Assembly (NCBI GenBank): GCA_963823665.1
Contig: CAWGMQ010000001.1
Coordinates: forward strand, 1-47,131
Length of the DNA: 47,131 nucleotides
Direction: 5' to 3'
DNA from: an uncultured Planctomycetota bacterium
Lineage (GTDB): Bacteria > Planctomycetota > Planctomycetia > Isosphaerales > Isosphaeraceae
The position numbers and the translations under genes are program-made. Position 1 is the stretch's first letter. Every line of letters starts with the position of its first letter. Below the pieces are notes generated by a model, which had not been told where the DNA came from, did not search any database, and saw nothing but the letters and a program-made list of their open reading frames with translations. This document shows positions 1 to 11,451 of this stretch, piece after piece.

Positions 1-94
1 TTCCGGTCGTCCGGACGTGACATGCACGCTTCAACACTGAATAACTATTTCCCGATCATTGATTCATTTTGGGATGATCAAGTGGCACAAGTAG

Positions 95-179
95 CGATTA
101 TTCCTGCGCCACACGTATCGAGAGAGCCAGCATCGAGTTGCGTTCGATTCGTGCGCGCCCGATTATTCCTGCGCCACAC
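95..179. repeat. 20-bp perfect direct repeat (2 copies)
   Basis: CGATTATTCCTGCGCCACAC at 95-114 and 160-179; partial inverted copies TGTGGCGCA at 202-210 and 211-219. Confidence 0.85.
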
Positions 180-279
180 CTAAACCCAATTGCCGCAAGG
201 CTGTGGCGCATGTGGCGCAGAAAATGGGGTGTCGCAAAAGTTTTCACGCCCGCTGCCGGGGGCGATCGGGAGTGAAGAG

Positions 280-321
280 GGGGTCGGAAGTCCGAGGTTG
301 GAGGTCGGAGGTCGGAGGGCC
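280..321. repeat. heptamer tandem repeat (GAGGTCG-like, 6 degenerate units)
   Basis: GGGGTCG GAAGTCC GAGGTTG GAGGTCG GAGGTCG GAGGGCC. Confidence 0.7.
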
Positions 322-474
322 GGACTAAGAGGCCGAGTACGAGCAAGAGTAGGAGTCAGTGGGCTGCCGGGAGTTCATGAGGGACGGGGACTGGGTTTTT
401 GAAATGGCGGTTGCGTGGCTATGATTCGAACCGCACGTTCTTCAGCGATCTTGCCGAGATGCCAGGGGCGATGG

Positions 475-3220
475 ATGAGCGAATTGACTGGAACACAACG
501 GGAACTGAGTCGCACAGGGCGATCTGCTTCGCGCTCGGGCCTCGACGCGATCTTTGCGCCGCGGACCGTGGCCGTTGTTGGGGCGACTGAGAAAGCCGGG
601 AGCGTGGGGCGGTCGGTTTTCTGGAATTTGCGCAGCGGGGCGTTTGCCGGGAATGTGTTTCCTGTGAATCCGAAACGGGCTGAGGTGCTCGGGGTCGTCG
701 CTTACCCGACGATCGCGTCTGTCCCCGAGCCGGTGGACCTCGCCGTTATTGTCACGCCCGCGCCTAGCGTGCCGGGGTTGATTGGTGAGTGTGTCGATGC
801 GGGTGTGAAGGGGGCGGTGATCATCTCGGCGGGGTTCAAGGAGATCGGGCCCGAGGGGGCTGAGCTCGAACGCCGCATCCTTGAACAGGCCGGGCGCGGC
901 GGCATGCCGGTGATCGGGCCCAATTGCCTGGGGGTCATGCGGCCGGGGTCTGGGCTCAACGCCACTTTTGCCACGCAGATCGCTCGACCGGGAAACGTCG
1001 GTTTTCTCAGCCAGAGCGGGGCCCTGTGCACTGCGATTCTGGACTGGAGCCTCCGGGTCGAGGTCGGGTTCAGCGCGTTTGTCTCGATCGGCTCCATGCT
1101 CGATGTGGGCTGGGGCGATCTGATCGATTACCTGGGCGACGATCCGGAAACCAAGTCGATCGTGATCTACATGGAATCGATCGGCGATGCGCGGTCGTTC
1201 CTCTCGGCCGCGCGCGAGGTGGCGCTGGCCAAGCCGATCATCGTCATCAAGGCGGGACGCACCGAGGCGGCTGCCAAGGCCGCTGCGTCACACACCGGCT
1301 CGCTGGCAGGCAGCGACGAGGTGCTCGATGCGGCGTTCCGGCGCGTGGGCGTGCTGCGCGTTGACTCGATCTCGCAGCTCTTCGACATGGCCGAAGTGCT
1401 CGCCAAGCAGCCGAGGCCGCGCGGGCCCAAGCTGGCGGTTGTCACCAATGCCGGAGGGCCAGGAGTGCTGGCGGCCGATGCCCTCATCGAGAACAGCGGA
1501 CAGCTCGCAACGCTATCCAAGGAGACCATCGAACAGCTCGATGCGTTCCTGCCGGGAGCGTGGAGCCACAATAACCCCATCGACATCCTCGGGGATGCCA
1601 ACCCCGATCGGTATGCTCGCACGCTCTCTGTGATCGCACACGACTCCCAGATCGATGGCTTTCTCGTCATCTTGACGCCGCAGGCGATGACCGACCCGAC
1701 CGAAACGGCCCGGCAACTGCTGCCGTACGCCAAACTTCCCAACAAACCGGTGATCGCGAGCTGGATGGGCGGGGCGGCGGTCGAGCCAGGAGAGCAAATC
1801 CTCGATCGCGCGGGGATCGCGACGTTTCCTTATCCGGATAGCGCCGCGGAGGCGTTCACGTTCATGTGGAGGTCGTACTACAACCTTCAAGCGATCTACG
1901 AGACGCCAAGCTTGCCGGATGCGTTCGATGCGCTTGGGGGCGGGCGCGAGGCTGCTCTGGCGATCATCACGGCGGCCAGGGAAGACGGACGCAGCGTGTT
2001 GACCGAGGTCGAATCGAAGCAGATCCTCGCGGCGTACAAGATTCCCACGATCGAGACGCGGGTTGCCGCGGACGAGGAAGAAGCGGTGGCGGCCGCGTGC
2101 GCGATCGGGTTCCCGGTTGTGATCAAGCTTCATTCCTACACGATCACGCACAAGACTGATGTGGGTGGTGTGCAGCTCAACCTGGCGGATGCGGACGCCG
2201 TGCGGCAGGCGTATCGGGCGATCGAGCAATCGGTAGCGGCGCGGGCGGGTGCGGGGCATTTCCGTGGGGTGAGCGTGCAGCCGATGGTGAAGCTCGACGG
2301 CTATGAGCTGATCCTGGGGAGCAGTCTCGACGTGCAGCTCGGGCCGGTGCTGCTCTTCGGCGCGGGGGGGCAGCTTGTGGAGGTTGTGAAGGATCGAGCC
2401 CTGGGCCTGCCGCCGCTCAACACCACGCTGGCGCGGCGGATGCTGGAGCAGACGAAGATCTACAAGGCGCTTCAGGGGGTGCGCGGGCGGCCGCCGGTGG
2501 ACCTGGAGGGACTCGAGCGTCTTCTGGTGGTGTTCAGCCGACTGGTTGTCGAGCAGCGGTGGATCAAGGAGATCGACATCAACCCCCTGCTCGCCTCAGC
2601 GGAGCGGCTGCTGGCGCTGGACGCGCGCGTGATTGTTCATGGCAAAGGGGTGAATGAAGCGGAGCTTCCGCGGCTGGCGATCCGTCCGTATCCGTCGCAG
2701 TACATCAGCTCGTGGACGGCCGGGACGGGACCGCAGCTCGAGGTGAGACCGATTCGTCCCGAGGACGAGCCGCTGGTCGTGGCGTTCCATGCAACGCTTT
2801 CGGACCAGACGGTCTCGTTTCGCTACTTTCATGCGATGAAGCTGAGCACGCGGGTGGCGCACGAGCGGCTGACGCGGGTCTGCTTCAATGACTACGACCG
2901 GGACCTGGCGCTGGTGGCCGTGAGAGCGAACCCGCAGACCGGTGACCATGAGATTCTGGGCATCGGGCGGTTGTGCAAGATCCGGGGAACGGAGCAGGCG
3001 GAGTTCTCGCTGGTGGTGGCGGACCGGTTCCAGCGGCTGGGGCTGGGGACGATGTTACTGAGCCGGCTGATGCAGATCGGCCGCGATGAGAAGATCGACC
3101 CGGATCTTCGCTCTGATCCTTCCCGAGAACGCCGGGATGAAACGAATTTGCGAGAAGTTCGGATTCCGGCTGGTGCATCGTCCGGAGGACTCGGCGATTC
3201 ACGGTGAGATCAACCTTTGA
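475..3220 (+). CDS. ADP-forming acyl-CoA synthetase / GNAT acetyltransferase fusion (Pat/YfiQ-like); apparent +1 frameshift near 3100
   Basis: CoA-binding motif VAVVGA...[28 protein letters not shown]-grasp HKTDVGGV and DINPL, then C-terminal GNAT RPIRPED...[17 protein letters not shown]. Removing one C at 3099-3101 restores [22 protein letters not shown], stop 3218-3220. Confidence 0.9.
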
Positions 3221-3228
3221 AAATGATC

Positions 3229-3258
3229 TTGACTTCTGGGCTGGCCGCGCGATATTTT
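3229..3258 (+). promoter_or_regulatory. sigma70-like promoter of attenuator A
   Basis: TTGACT (3229-3234), 18-nt spacer, TATTTT (3253-3258). Confidence 0.5.
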
Positions 3259-3260
3259 AC

Positions 3261-3345
3261 AGTCGTTGGGTGCTCAAGAAGGGCACTCAGACCTGTCGGC
3301 TACGGCGGCCTCGCCATGCGAACCAGCATGAGCGGGGTTTTTTTT
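3261..3345 (+). promoter_or_regulatory. dual-hairpin attenuator A (putative ANTAR target) upstream of hsp20
   Basis: P1 GGGTGCTC-AAGAA-GGGCACTC, P2 GGCT-ACGGC-GGCC; the P2 3' arm overlaps terminator GCCTCGCCATGC..GCATGAGCGGGG followed by T8. Confidence 0.8.
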
Positions 3346-3510
3346 CGCCCTGCCTGTCCGATGGCCGGACAATCGGGAGGAGCCGAGGTTTCTCCCACAA
3401 GTTTCTGCGGTGATGGCTGCCGCTCCCGGAGGTTGTGGGTTCTTCGCCCACCGGACGTCTGGGTGAAACGTGTGCATCGTGTGCACAACATCTCACGAAA
3501 GGAGACAGCC

Positions 3511-4099
3511 ATGACTGAGGTCAAAGAAGCTCCCAAGGTGAAGACCACCAATGGTCAGGGGCAGGTGAAAGCGCCTGCTGCTCAGACACCTGCCGAGATG
3601 CGGAACACGGAAGCTGCACCATTCGAGATGGTGCGCCGGTTCGCGGAAGAGATGGACCGGGTGTTCGAGGACTTCGGGCAAGAGAACCGGCTGGCATCTG
3701 CCAAGGTTCCTCGCTCGCGGCCGCAAGCTGTTCCGCCGCGGAGTCGGAGCGATGGCGACGGGATGGTCGCCCCGCGTTGACGTCGTGGAACGGGAGGGAG
3801 AGTTTGTGGTGCATGCCGATCTGCCGGGCATGACCAAGGAGGACGTGAACGTTGCGGTGACGGATGGAATGCTGACCATCGAGGGAGAGCGCAAGTGGGA
3901 CAAGAAGGAGGAGCGGCAGGGCTATGCGTACAGCGAATGCCGGTACGGGTCGTTCTATCGCTGCATCCCTCTTCCCGAAGGCGCAGACACCACGAAGGCT
4001 ACAGCCGAATTCCGCAAGGGCGTGCTGGAAGTGACGATGCCCACGGCACCGCGCCCGGAGCAGAAACTGCACCGGGTGGAGGTTCGTGAAGCTAGCTGA
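3511..4099 (+). CDS. Hsp20/alpha-crystallin small heat shock protein; apparent +1 frameshift near 3677
   Basis: RBS AAAGGAG before ATG 3511; PFEMVRRFAEEMDRVFEDFG in one frame, then WSPRVDVVE...DLPGM...YGSFYRCIPLPEG...GVLEVTMP in the next. Confidence 0.9.
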
Positions 4100-4126
4100 T
4101 GTTGCGATTCCTCTCTGCCGGGGGGC

Positions 4127-4166
4127 ATCGGGCGGGAACGTGCGATGCCTCCCGGCTCGACCTGGG
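4127..4166 (+). terminator. 14-bp GC-rich stem-loop between hsp20 and usp (terminator or mRNA stabiliser)
   Basis: GCCGGGGGGCATCG / CGATGCCTCCCGGC; the T-rich tract is displaced about 10 nt downstream. Confidence 0.45.
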
Positions 4167-4217
4167 CTTTTCTTGGTCCCGTGGCTGGCATATTTGCCCA
4201 TTTGGGGAGAACCTCCC

Positions 4218-5186
4218 ATGAAACCGTTTCGTACCATTCTGTTTGCAGCCGACTTTTCGGAGAACTCGAAAGAGGCTTTCAGCGTGGCTTGCTCGCTGGC
4301 GAAGGAGGACAAGACCCGGTTGCATGTCCTCTCGGTGGCCGGGCCCGACTGGGTGGCCGAGGACCCTGTGTTCCTCGCGCAAGCCAGCGCTCAGTTTTAC
4401 AAACAGCCGCCGGATGAGCACCGCCTCATGCTGCTGAAGGAGAGGCTGCGAGATGAGTACGCGCCCGACCATGCCGTCGACGTGGAGTACCATGCGGTGG
4501 CGGGCGATGTCTCCGAGCAGGTCCTTGCGATGGCCCGCGAGATCGGGGCGGACCTGATTGTGATGGGAACGCACGGAAAAACGGCCGTGAGCTGGCTCAT
4601 TTCCGGCAGCGTTGCCACCGCGGTGCTGCGGAGGGCGCATTGCCCGGTGCTGGCTCTACGGACTTCGGTTCATACCCGCAAGGGTGATGTGCCGCGGGTG
4701 ATCATGCACCCGACCGACTTTTCGGAGAATTCGCGAGCCGCGCTGGAGGTCGCGCGATTGCTGGCGCGAGACCACGGCGCGCGACTGGTCATCATTCATG
4801 TGACCGAGCCGGCGATCATGACGGACGGAACCGTGCTGGGCGAGGTCGATCCGGCGGCCTACCGCGCGAGCCTCGATGACCTTCGAACCGAGCTTGATGG
4901 ACCTGACCTGAAGTACCCGATCGAAACGCGGTTGATCCTGGGATATCCGCGTTATGAGATTCAGTCGACGGCCGAGGAGATCGGGTGCGACATGATTGTC
5001 ATGGGCACGCACGGGCGAAGCGCGCTGGGGCGGGTCTTGTACGGGAGTGTGGCGGAATCGGTTCTGTCGCGGGCTGCTACTTGCCCGGTGATGGTCGTGA
5101 AGCGTGCTGCTCCGGCGGCAGCGCCGTCGCGTTCCGAGAACGAGGGATCATCGGCCGCCGAGAAGAAAGCGGTGATTGTTTACTAG
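4218..5186 (+). CDS. universal stress protein, tandem USP domains
   Basis: two repeats of DFSENS...D(L/M)IVMGTHG...GSVA..VL..A.CPV; RBS GGGGAG. Confidence 0.95.
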   Translation: MKPFRTILFAADFSENSKEAFSVACSLAKEDKTRLHVLSVAGPDWVAEDPVFLAQASAQFYKQPPDEHRLMLLKERLRDEYAPDHAVDVEYHAVAGDVSEQVLAMAREIGADLIVMGTHGKTAVSWLISGSVATAVLRRAHCPVLALRTSVHTRKGDVPRVIMHPTDFSENSRAALEVARLLARDHGARLVIIHVTEPAIMTDGTVLGEVDPAAYRASLDDLRTELDGPDLKYPIETRLILGYPRYEIQSTAEEIGCDMIVMGTHGRSALGRVLYGSVAESVLSRAATCPVMVVKRAAPAAAPSRSENEGSSAAEKKAVIVY

Positions 5187-5359
5187 CCTTGTGGCCCCGG
5201 CTCACGCTGGGGCGGTCATCTTGAGGGGAGGGCCTGGTCATGAGCGTTTCAACCATCGCATCAATCGAAAGTACCTCCGTCGATTCGCACGCTCTGGCCG
5301 GCCGACCAGGTCATGGCTGTGAGTTGAGGTGAGCCGTCGATGCAAGTGCCTGGAAACTG

Positions 5360-5435
5360 GGGTGCCACGGGCCCGCGAGGCCGTCCTTATATTGGGCAGG
5401 GTTTGACAAGCGGCTCGCGATGGACCGTGGCACCC
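5360..5435. repeat. REP-like imperfect inverted repeat
   Basis: GGGTGCCACGGGCCCGCGAG ... CTCGCGATGGACCGTGGCACCC. Confidence 0.6.
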
Positions 5436-5537
5436 AATTTCTCTCATGGCGGTGGCTGTGCGCTCGGCGCTGTTGCAGACGGCCGGTCTGGCTCATTAGG
5501 ATGTCCGCATGCCGGAAACCCGCGAGGAGGACCCTGC

Positions 5538-6056
5538 ATGGTGGATAGTACCGCCCAGATCGCCGCGACCGGCCATCCAAGCGGCGACGAGCGGTTCCTG
5601 ATGCTCGACGCGGCGATGAAGCGCGTGCGGTATGCGCCTGAGGCGCTGATCGAGGTGCTGCACGTTGCCCAGAAACTCTTCGGGTGGCTGGATCACGGCC
5701 TTTTGCACTACGTCTCGCACGGGCTGAAGCTGCCTCCCAGCCGGGTCTACGGTGTCGCGACTTTTTACCACCTCTTCACCTTTGCGCCCCGGGGAGAGCA
5801 CACCTGCGTCGTGTGCACGGGGACGGCTTGTTACGTGCAGGGCGCGGGGCGGCTGATGGCCGCGGTTCGAGAATGCCTGGCGATCGATCCCGGGGAGACG
5901 ACGGCTGACGGCAAGGTCTCGCTGCTTGGCGCGCGATGCGTGGGAACGTGTGGGCTGGCCGTGGTCGTTGTTTACGACGGCGAGGTTGCCGGGGGCCAGG
6001 ATGCGGAGACAGCATGCGAGCGAGTGAAAGGATGGCTTGGCGATGGAGCTTGCTGA
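5538..6056 (+). CDS. hoxE: bidirectional hydrogenase diaphorase subunit HoxE
   Basis: [25 protein letters not shown], 2Fe-2S motifs CTGTACYV and RCVGTCG; RBS GAGGAGG. Confidence 0.92.
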   Translation: MVDSTAQIAATGHPSGDERFLMLDAAMKRVRYAPEALIEVLHVAQKLFGWLDHGLLHYVSHGLKLPPSRVYGVATFYHLFTFAPRGEHTCVVCTGTACYVQGAGRLMAAVRECLAIDPGETTADGKVSLLGARCVGTCGLAVVVVYDGEVAGGQDAETACERVKGWLGDGAC

Positions 6057-7647
6057 TCTGGAGATGATCGCCGAGAGAGAGCGACTGGCCAGGAAGCCGG
6101 TGCGGATCCGATGCTGCACGGCCACGAGCTGTGTTCTGTCGGGGTCGCTACGAGTGGGAGAATCGTTGCGCGCAGCCGCTGGCGATGGCGGTCTGGGCGA
6201 CCAGGTTCAAGTGTGCGACGTCGGTTGCATGCGGCTTTGCTGCGAAGGACCGCTGGTGCAGGTCGATCCTGCGGGAGTGCTTTACGAGAGGGTTGATTCT
6301 GTTGGCGCGGCTACTATTGTGGCCGCCGCTGTGGGCGGGTCGGAGGCGACGGCGCGGCGGGGCGACCCACACCAGGCGTTCTTCGCCCGGCAGACGAGTA
6401 TCGTTCTCGAGAACAGCGGCCATGTCGAGCCGGGGCGAATCGAATCGTACATCGAGGCCGGGGGATATCGCTCGCTGCACCACGTGCTGCGGAATATGCG
6501 CTCGGGGCAAGTTGTCGACGAGATCATCAAGAGCGGCCTGCGCGGCCGGGGTGGGGCGGGCTACCCGACCGGCCTCAAGTGGGCCACCGTCGCCAAGCAG
6601 CCGCACGGACGGAAGTTCGTCGTTTGCAATGCCGACGAGGGAGATCCTGGCGCCTTCATGGACCGCAGCATCATGGAGAGCGATCCGCATCGGGTGCTGG
6701 AGGGAATGGCGATTGCTGCGTACGCAGTAGGCGCCGAGCGCGGCTACATTTATATCCGGGGCGAATATGCTCATGCGATCGAGCGGCTCGACGCTGCGAT
6801 CAAACAAGCGAGAGGCCTGGGTCTTCTGGGCAGCCAGATCTTTGAATCGCCGTTCGACTTCAGGCTTGACATTCGCATTGGGGCGGGGGCGTACGTGTGC
6901 GGCGAGGAGACTGCTCTCTTGCATTCGATCGAGGGCCTGCGGGGTGTTCCGCGGCCTCGCCCCCCCTACCCCGCCGAGAGTGGGGTCTGGGAATCTCCCA
7001 CGCTGATCAACAACGTTGAAACGTTTGCCAACGTGCCGCCGATCATCCGGGATGGCGGCGAGTGGTTTGCCGCGATCGGCACGGCGAAGAGCAAGGGGAC
7101 GAAGGTCTTCGCGCTGGCGGGGACGATTCGGCGGTCGGGGCTGGTTGAGGTTCCGATGGGCATGACCGTGAGGCAAATCGTGGAAGAGATCGGGGGCGGC
7201 CCTCCTCACGGAACGATCAAGGCCGTGCAGACCGGCGGGCCATCGGGAGGGTGTGTGCCGGAGGAGCACCTTGATACGCCGGTCGACTACGAGTCGCTCA
7301 CTGCACTCGGCTCGATGATGGGCTCGGGAGGGATGATCGTGATGGATCAAGATACGGATATGGTGGACATCGCGCGGTTCTTCATGGAGTTCTGCATGGA
7401 AGAATCATGCGGCAAGTGCATCCCCTGCCGCGCGGGGACGGTGCAGCTTCATCGTCTGCTTTCGCGGATCGGCGGGGGGCACGGCACGCGGCATGACCTC
7501 GAGACACTCGAAGCCCTGTGCGACATGGTGAAGCACACGAGTCTGTGCGGCCTGGGCCAGGCGGCGCCTAACCCCGTGCTCAGCACGTTGCGCTTCTTCC
7601 GTCACGAATACGAAGCAAAGATTCGCGAGGGCCAGCCATGTCTGTGA
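6043..7647 (+). CDS. hoxF: diaphorase flavoprotein subunit HoxF (NuoF-like)
   Basis: [10 protein letters not shown]-terminus, [53 protein letters not shown]. Confidence 0.95.
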   Translation: MELADLEMIAERERLARKPVRIRCCTATSCVLSGSLRVGESLRAAAGDGGLGDQVQVCDVGCMRLCCEGPLVQVDPAGVLYERVDSVGAATIVAAAVGGSEATARRGDPHQAFFARQTSIVLENSGHVEPGRIESYIEAGGYRSLHHVLRNMRSGQVVDEIIKSGLRGRGGAGYPTGLKWATVAKQPHGRKFVVCNADEGDPGAFMDRSIMESDPHRVLEGMAIAAYAVGAERGYIYIRGEYAHAIERLDAAIKQARGLGLLGSQIFESPFDFRLDIRIGAGAYVCGEETALLHSIEGLRGVPRPRPPYPAESGVWESPTLINNVETFANVPPIIRDGGEWFAAIGTAKSKGTKVFALAGTIRRSGLVEVPMGMTVRQIVEEIGGGPPHGTIKAVQTGGPSGGCVPEEHLDTPVDYESLTALGSMMGSGGMIVMDQDTDMVDIARFFMEFCMEESCGKCIPCRAGTVQLHRLLSRIGGGHGTRHDLETLEALCDMVKHTSLCGLGQAAPNPVLSTLRFFRHEYEAKIREGQPCL

Positions 7648-8354
7648 AGACGTTGACTGTGAACGGCGCCGCGCTCTCGGCCCGCGAAGGTGAGACGATC
7701 CTTGAGACAGCGCGCGAAGCGGGGATTTCGATCCCGACGTTGTGTCACATGGAGGGAACCTCGGACGTGGGAGCGTGCCGGCTCTGCCTGGTCGAAGTCT
7801 CCGGCTCGGGACGCCTTGTGCCCGCTTGCGTCACGCACGTCGAGGAGGGCATGTCGCTCCAGACCGAGACGCCGCGGCTGCGGGACTATCGGCGGATGAT
7901 CATCGAGCTGCTGCTTGCCGAGCGGAACCACGTGTGCTCGGTGTGCGTGGCCAACAACAACTGCGAGCTTCAGGAGCTGGCGATCTCGCTGGGGGTGGAC
8001 CACGTGCGCTACGATTACTTGCACCCGCAATGCGAGGTTGATTTGACGCATTCGCGGTTCGGCATCGATCACAACCGGTGCGTCCTGTGCACGCGTTGCG
8101 TACGGGCGTGTGATGAGATCGAGGGGGCGCATACGTGGGACGTTTCGGGCCGGGGCACCAAGTCGCGCGTGATCAGCGATATGAACCAGCCCTGGGGCAC
8201 GTCGCCCACGTGCACGTCGTGCGGCAAGTGCCTGCAAGCTTGCCCGACGGGCGCCATCTTCGCTCAGGGCTCGACGGTCGCCGAATCGCGGCGCGACCAC
8301 GGCGTGCTGGCGTTTCTGGTGAACGCCCGGGAGAAGAAGCAATGGGACGTCTAA
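7638..8354 (+). CDS. hoxU: diaphorase Fe-S subunit HoxU
   Basis: [55 protein letters not shown]. Confidence 0.95.
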   Translation: MSVKTLTVNGAALSAREGETILETAREAGISIPTLCHMEGTSDVGACRLCLVEVSGSGRLVPACVTHVEEGMSLQTETPRLRDYRRMIIELLLAERNHVCSVCVANNNCELQELAISLGVDHVRYDYLHPQCEVDLTHSRFGIDHNRCVLCTRCVRACDEIEGAHTWDVSGRGTKSRVISDMNQPWGTSPTCTSCGKCLQACPTGAIFAQGSTVAESRRDHGVLAFLVNAREKKQWDV

Positions 8355-8882
8355 AGCTCGCGACCGTCTGGCTGGGGGGCTGTTCGGGATGTCATATGTC
8401 GTTCCTCGACATGGACCTCTTCCTCATCGATCTCGCCGCGCGCGTCGACCTCGTTTATTCGCCGCTGATCGATGTGAAGACTTATCCCGAAGGTGTCGAT
8501 GCCGTTCTCGTCGAGGGCGCCGTGGCCAACCGGGATCATCTTGAGATGATCCGGTCCGTGCGGCGCAACAGCCGCGTCCTTGTTTCGTTTGGCGATTGCG
8601 CGGTGACGGGAAACGTGACGGCGCTGCGAAATTCGCTTGGCTCGGCGGAGCCCGTGCTGCGCCGCTCGTATCTCGAGCAGGTCGACATCCAGGCGCAGAT
8701 CCCGTGCGAGGCAGGGATTGTCCCGCCGCTCCTGGACCGAGTGCAACCGGTGCACGCCGTTGTCAACGTTGATGTTTACCTGCCGGGTTGTCCTCCGCCG
8801 GCTGCGCATCCGCGCCATACTCGAGCAGCTTCTCGCAGGCGAACCAGCGCACCTCGAGGGCCGGAACATCAAATTCGGGTGA
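8342..8882 (+). CDS. hoxY: [NiFe] hydrogenase small subunit HoxY; apparent frameshift near 8805
   Basis: [34 protein letters not shown]; the C-terminus [14 protein letters not shown]...IKFG lies in another frame ending at 8882. Confidence 0.92.
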
Positions 8883-8949
8883 TATCAAGTAACGTCCCAC
8901 TGTCATTCCGGCGAGTGACGGTCTTCCATTCTCCCTTGAGGCCACCCTT

Positions 8950-10371
8950 ATGGGCCAGCGAATCGTGATCGATCCGGTGACGCGGATTGAAGGTCACGCG
9001 AAAATCACGATCGAACTGGGCGACGACGGCAAGGTAGCCGACGCGCGATTCCACGTGGCGGAATTTCGCGGCTTCGAGCGTTTCTGCGTCGGCCGCCCGG
9101 TGTGGGAAATGGCGGGCATCACGGCGCGTGTGTGCGGGATCTGCCCGGTCAGCCACCTGGTGGCATCGGCCAAGGCGGGTGACGAGATCATGGCGGTGAC
9201 GCCGCCTGACGGCGCGATCAAATTGCGGCGACTGATGAACCTGGCGCAGATCATTCAATCTCATGCGCTCAGCTTCTTTCACATGAGCTCGCCCGACTTG
9301 ATTCTGGGATTCGACAGCGATCCGGCGAGGAGAAACCTGTTCGGCCTGCTGGGAGCCGAGCCGGAGCTGGCCCGCGGCGGCATTCGCCTGCGTCAGTTCG
9401 GCCAGGAAATCATCGAGCAGCTTGGCGGCAAGAAGATCCACCCCGATTGGTCCGTGCCGGGAGGTTGCCGCGGGCCGCTCACCGAAGTGGGCCGCCAGGC
9501 CATTCGGGCGAGGATTGCCGAATCGCTCGCCATTTCGCTGGACGCATTGGGGCGATTCAAGGCGCTCGTGGGCCGGTATCAAGAAGAAGCCGATTCATTC
9601 GGTCAGTTTCCCTCGCTCTTCCTGGGATTGGTCGGACACGATGGGACGTGGGAGCATTACGATGGCAAGATCCGCCTGGGCGACTCGGCCGGCCATCTGG
9701 TTGCGGATGGTCTCGACGCCCAGCGCTACATGGATTGGATTGGCGAGGCTGCCGAGCACGATTCGTACCTGAAGTTCCCGTATTACAAGCCGCTCGGGTA
9801 CCCCGCGGGCATCTACCGCGTTGGACCGCTGGCGCGGCTCAACATCTGCGAGCGCATGCCGACGCCGGTGGCCGATCGCGAGCTGCGCGAGTATCGGGAC
9901 CGATTCGGAGTTGCCACATCGTCATTTCTCTATCATTATGCGCGGCTGATCGAGATCCTGGCGGCTGTGGAGGGCGTGGCGCTGGCGATTGAAGACCCCG
10001 ACGTCCTCTCGGAGCGTCTGCGTGCTCACGCCGGGGTGAATCGTCTCGAGGGCGTCGGTGTCAGCGAGGCGCCGCGAGGTATCCTGTTTCACCATTATCA
10101 GGTTGATGAGGACGGCAAGCTGACTCGAGTGAATCTCATCATTGCCACCGGTCAGAACGCCCTGGCGATGAACGGCACCGTCAAGCAGATCGCCGAGCAT
10201 TATATCGAGGGCCCCGAGATACCCGAGGGGATCTTGAACCGGCTGGAGGCGGGCATCCGGGCGTTCGACCCGTGCCTGAGCTGCTCGACGCATGCGGCCG
10301 GCATGATGCCTTTGCATGTGCAGTTGATCGACGGAAAGGGCCGAGTGAAGAGCGAGGTGTGGAGGAATTGA
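8950..10371 (+). CDS. hoxH: group 3d [NiFe] hydrogenase large subunit HoxH
   Basis: [13 protein letters not shown]1 motif [11 protein letters not shown]2 motif DPCLSCSTH plus cleavable C-terminal extension. Confidence 0.96.
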   Translation: MGQRIVIDPVTRIEGHAKITIELGDDGKVADARFHVAEFRGFERFCVGRPVWEMAGITARVCGICPVSHLVASAKAGDEIMAVTPPDGAIKLRRLMNLAQIIQSHALSFFHMSSPDLILGFDSDPARRNLFGLLGAEPELARGGIRLRQFGQEIIEQLGGKKIHPDWSVPGGCRGPLTEVGRQAIRARIAESLAISLDALGRFKALVGRYQEEADSFGQFPSLFLGLVGHDGTWEHYDGKIRLGDSAGHLVADGLDAQRYMDWIGEAAEHDSYLKFPYYKPLGYPAGIYRVGPLARLNICERMPTPVADRELREYRDRFGVATSSFLYHYARLIEILAAVEGVALAIEDPDVLSERLRAHAGVNRLEGVGVSEAPRGILFHHYQVDEDGKLTRVNLIIATGQNALAMNGTVKQIAEHYIEGPEIPEGILNRLEAGIRAFDPCLSCSTHAAGMMPLHVQLIDGKGRVKSEVWRN

Positions 10372-10892
10372 GGGTGATCGAGAGTAATGAATCATCAGCC
10401 GGACGCATCCTTGTGATCGGCTACGGCAACACGCTCCGGGGTGATGACGCGGTGGGACAGCGCGTGGCGGCGGCGGTCGCGAAGTGGCAGGTGTCCGGCT
10501 TGAGCGTAAGGGCGGAGCACCAATTGACGCCTGAACTTGCAGAGCCGGTGTCTCGGGCCGACATGGTCATTTTCGTGGACGGGAAGCTTGCGGGAGAGGA
10601 GGATGCCGTTACGGTGCGTGGTCTGGAGCCGTCGACTCACACGGACTTCGTTGGGCATACGAGCGACCCGCGGGGCGTGCTTGCGCTTGCACAGGCTGTG
10701 TACGGTCGTCATGCACCGGCGTGGCTGGTTCTGGTGCCGGGGCTGGACTTCTCGCTGCGCGAAGATCTATCGGCCGCCGCTGACCGGGGTGTTGCCGAGG
10801 CGATTGGACGAATTGCCGCATTGATCGGCGCGCAGGCGAGCAGATCAACGTTTAACTGCGGCCCGGGATGTCCAGAGCTTCTTCAGCCGTGA
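10368..10892 (+). CDS. hoxW: hydrogenase maturation protease HoxW
   Basis: [33 protein letters not shown] start overlaps the hoxH stop, RBS GGAGG. Confidence 0.88.
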   Translation: MRVIESNESSAGRILVIGYGNTLRGDDAVGQRVAAAVAKWQVSGLSVRAEHQLTPELAEPVSRADMVIFVDGKLAGEEDAVTVRGLEPSTHTDFVGHTSDPRGVLALAQAVYGRHAPAWLVLVPGLDFSLREDLSAAADRGVAEAIGRIAALIGAQASRSTFNCGPGCPELLQP

Positions 10893-11451
10893 GGATGATC
10901 TGGGCGATATCGATGAGCTTGCGATTCTTGTCGCTCGCCAGTTTCTGGAGGCGCCGGAAGGCGTCGTGTTCGTCGAGTCCAGTCTTTTTCATCAGGATGC
11001 CCTTCGCCTTTTCGATGACCTTTCGGTCTTCGAGAGCCTGCTTCAGGTCGGTGGTCTCCTTGCGGAGTGCTTGAAACTGTTCAAACCGACGCATTGCGAT
11101 GCCGATGGCGGGCTCGAGGTCCGACTGCTTGATAGGCTTGACCAGGTAGGCAAGGATGTGGTCCGCCTCGGCCCGGCGAATGAACTCCGGATCGTGATAT
11201 GCCGATACCAGGATAACCGGAATCGGCCCATTGTGGTAGATCTTCATGGCTGCATCGATCCCGTCCATGTCGGGCATCTTGATGTCCGTGATCACCAGGT
11301 CGGGGTGCAGTTGAGCGCAGAGTGCGATCAGCTCCTTGCCGTTCTGGGCCGCGCCGACTACCTGGTGGCCCAAGAGGGGGAGGATTTGCTGGAAGTAATC
11401 GCGCATGTCGCGCTCGTCATCGGCTACAGCGATCTTGAGCGAACGGGTCAT
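10852..11451 (-). CDS. response regulator with RNA-binding ANTAR output domain (NasT/EutV/PdtaR type)
   Basis: REC domain VADDE...ITDIKMPDMDG...YLVKP; ANTAR signature LEDRKVIEKAKGILM...EHDAFRRLQKLASDKNRKLIDIA. Confidence 0.95.
   Translation of the reverse strand: MTRSLKIAVADDERDMRDYFQQILPLLGHQVVGAAQNGKELIALCAQLHPDLVITDIKMPDMDGIDAAMKIYHNGPIPVILVSAYHDPEFIRRAEADHILAYLVKPIKQSDLEPAIGIAMRRFEQFQALRKETTDLKQALEDRKVIEKAKGILMKKTGLDEHDAFRRLQKLASDKNRKLIDIAQIILTAEEALDIPGRS

Noticed and set aside
95..179. possible mini CRISPR array
   Set aside because: Only two 20-bp repeats and no cas genes in the window.
373..410. possible sixth attenuator upstream of the Pat-like gene (GTTC-ATGAG-GGAC)
   Set aside because: No paired P2 at the 24-26 nt spacing and no overlapping terminator stem.
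3407..3427. fluoride riboswitch suggested by GGTGATGG
   Set aside because: The loop is too short, there is no pseudoknot partner, and no fluoride-related gene follows.
5195..5215. P1-like CTC-ACGCT-GGG after the usp stop
   Set aside because: Isolated hairpin without P2, U-tract or promoter.
10852..10892. 41-bp convergent overlap of hoxW and the ANTAR gene as an antisense mechanism
   Set aside because: Short 3' overlaps are common in GC-rich genomes and nothing else supports a regulatory role.
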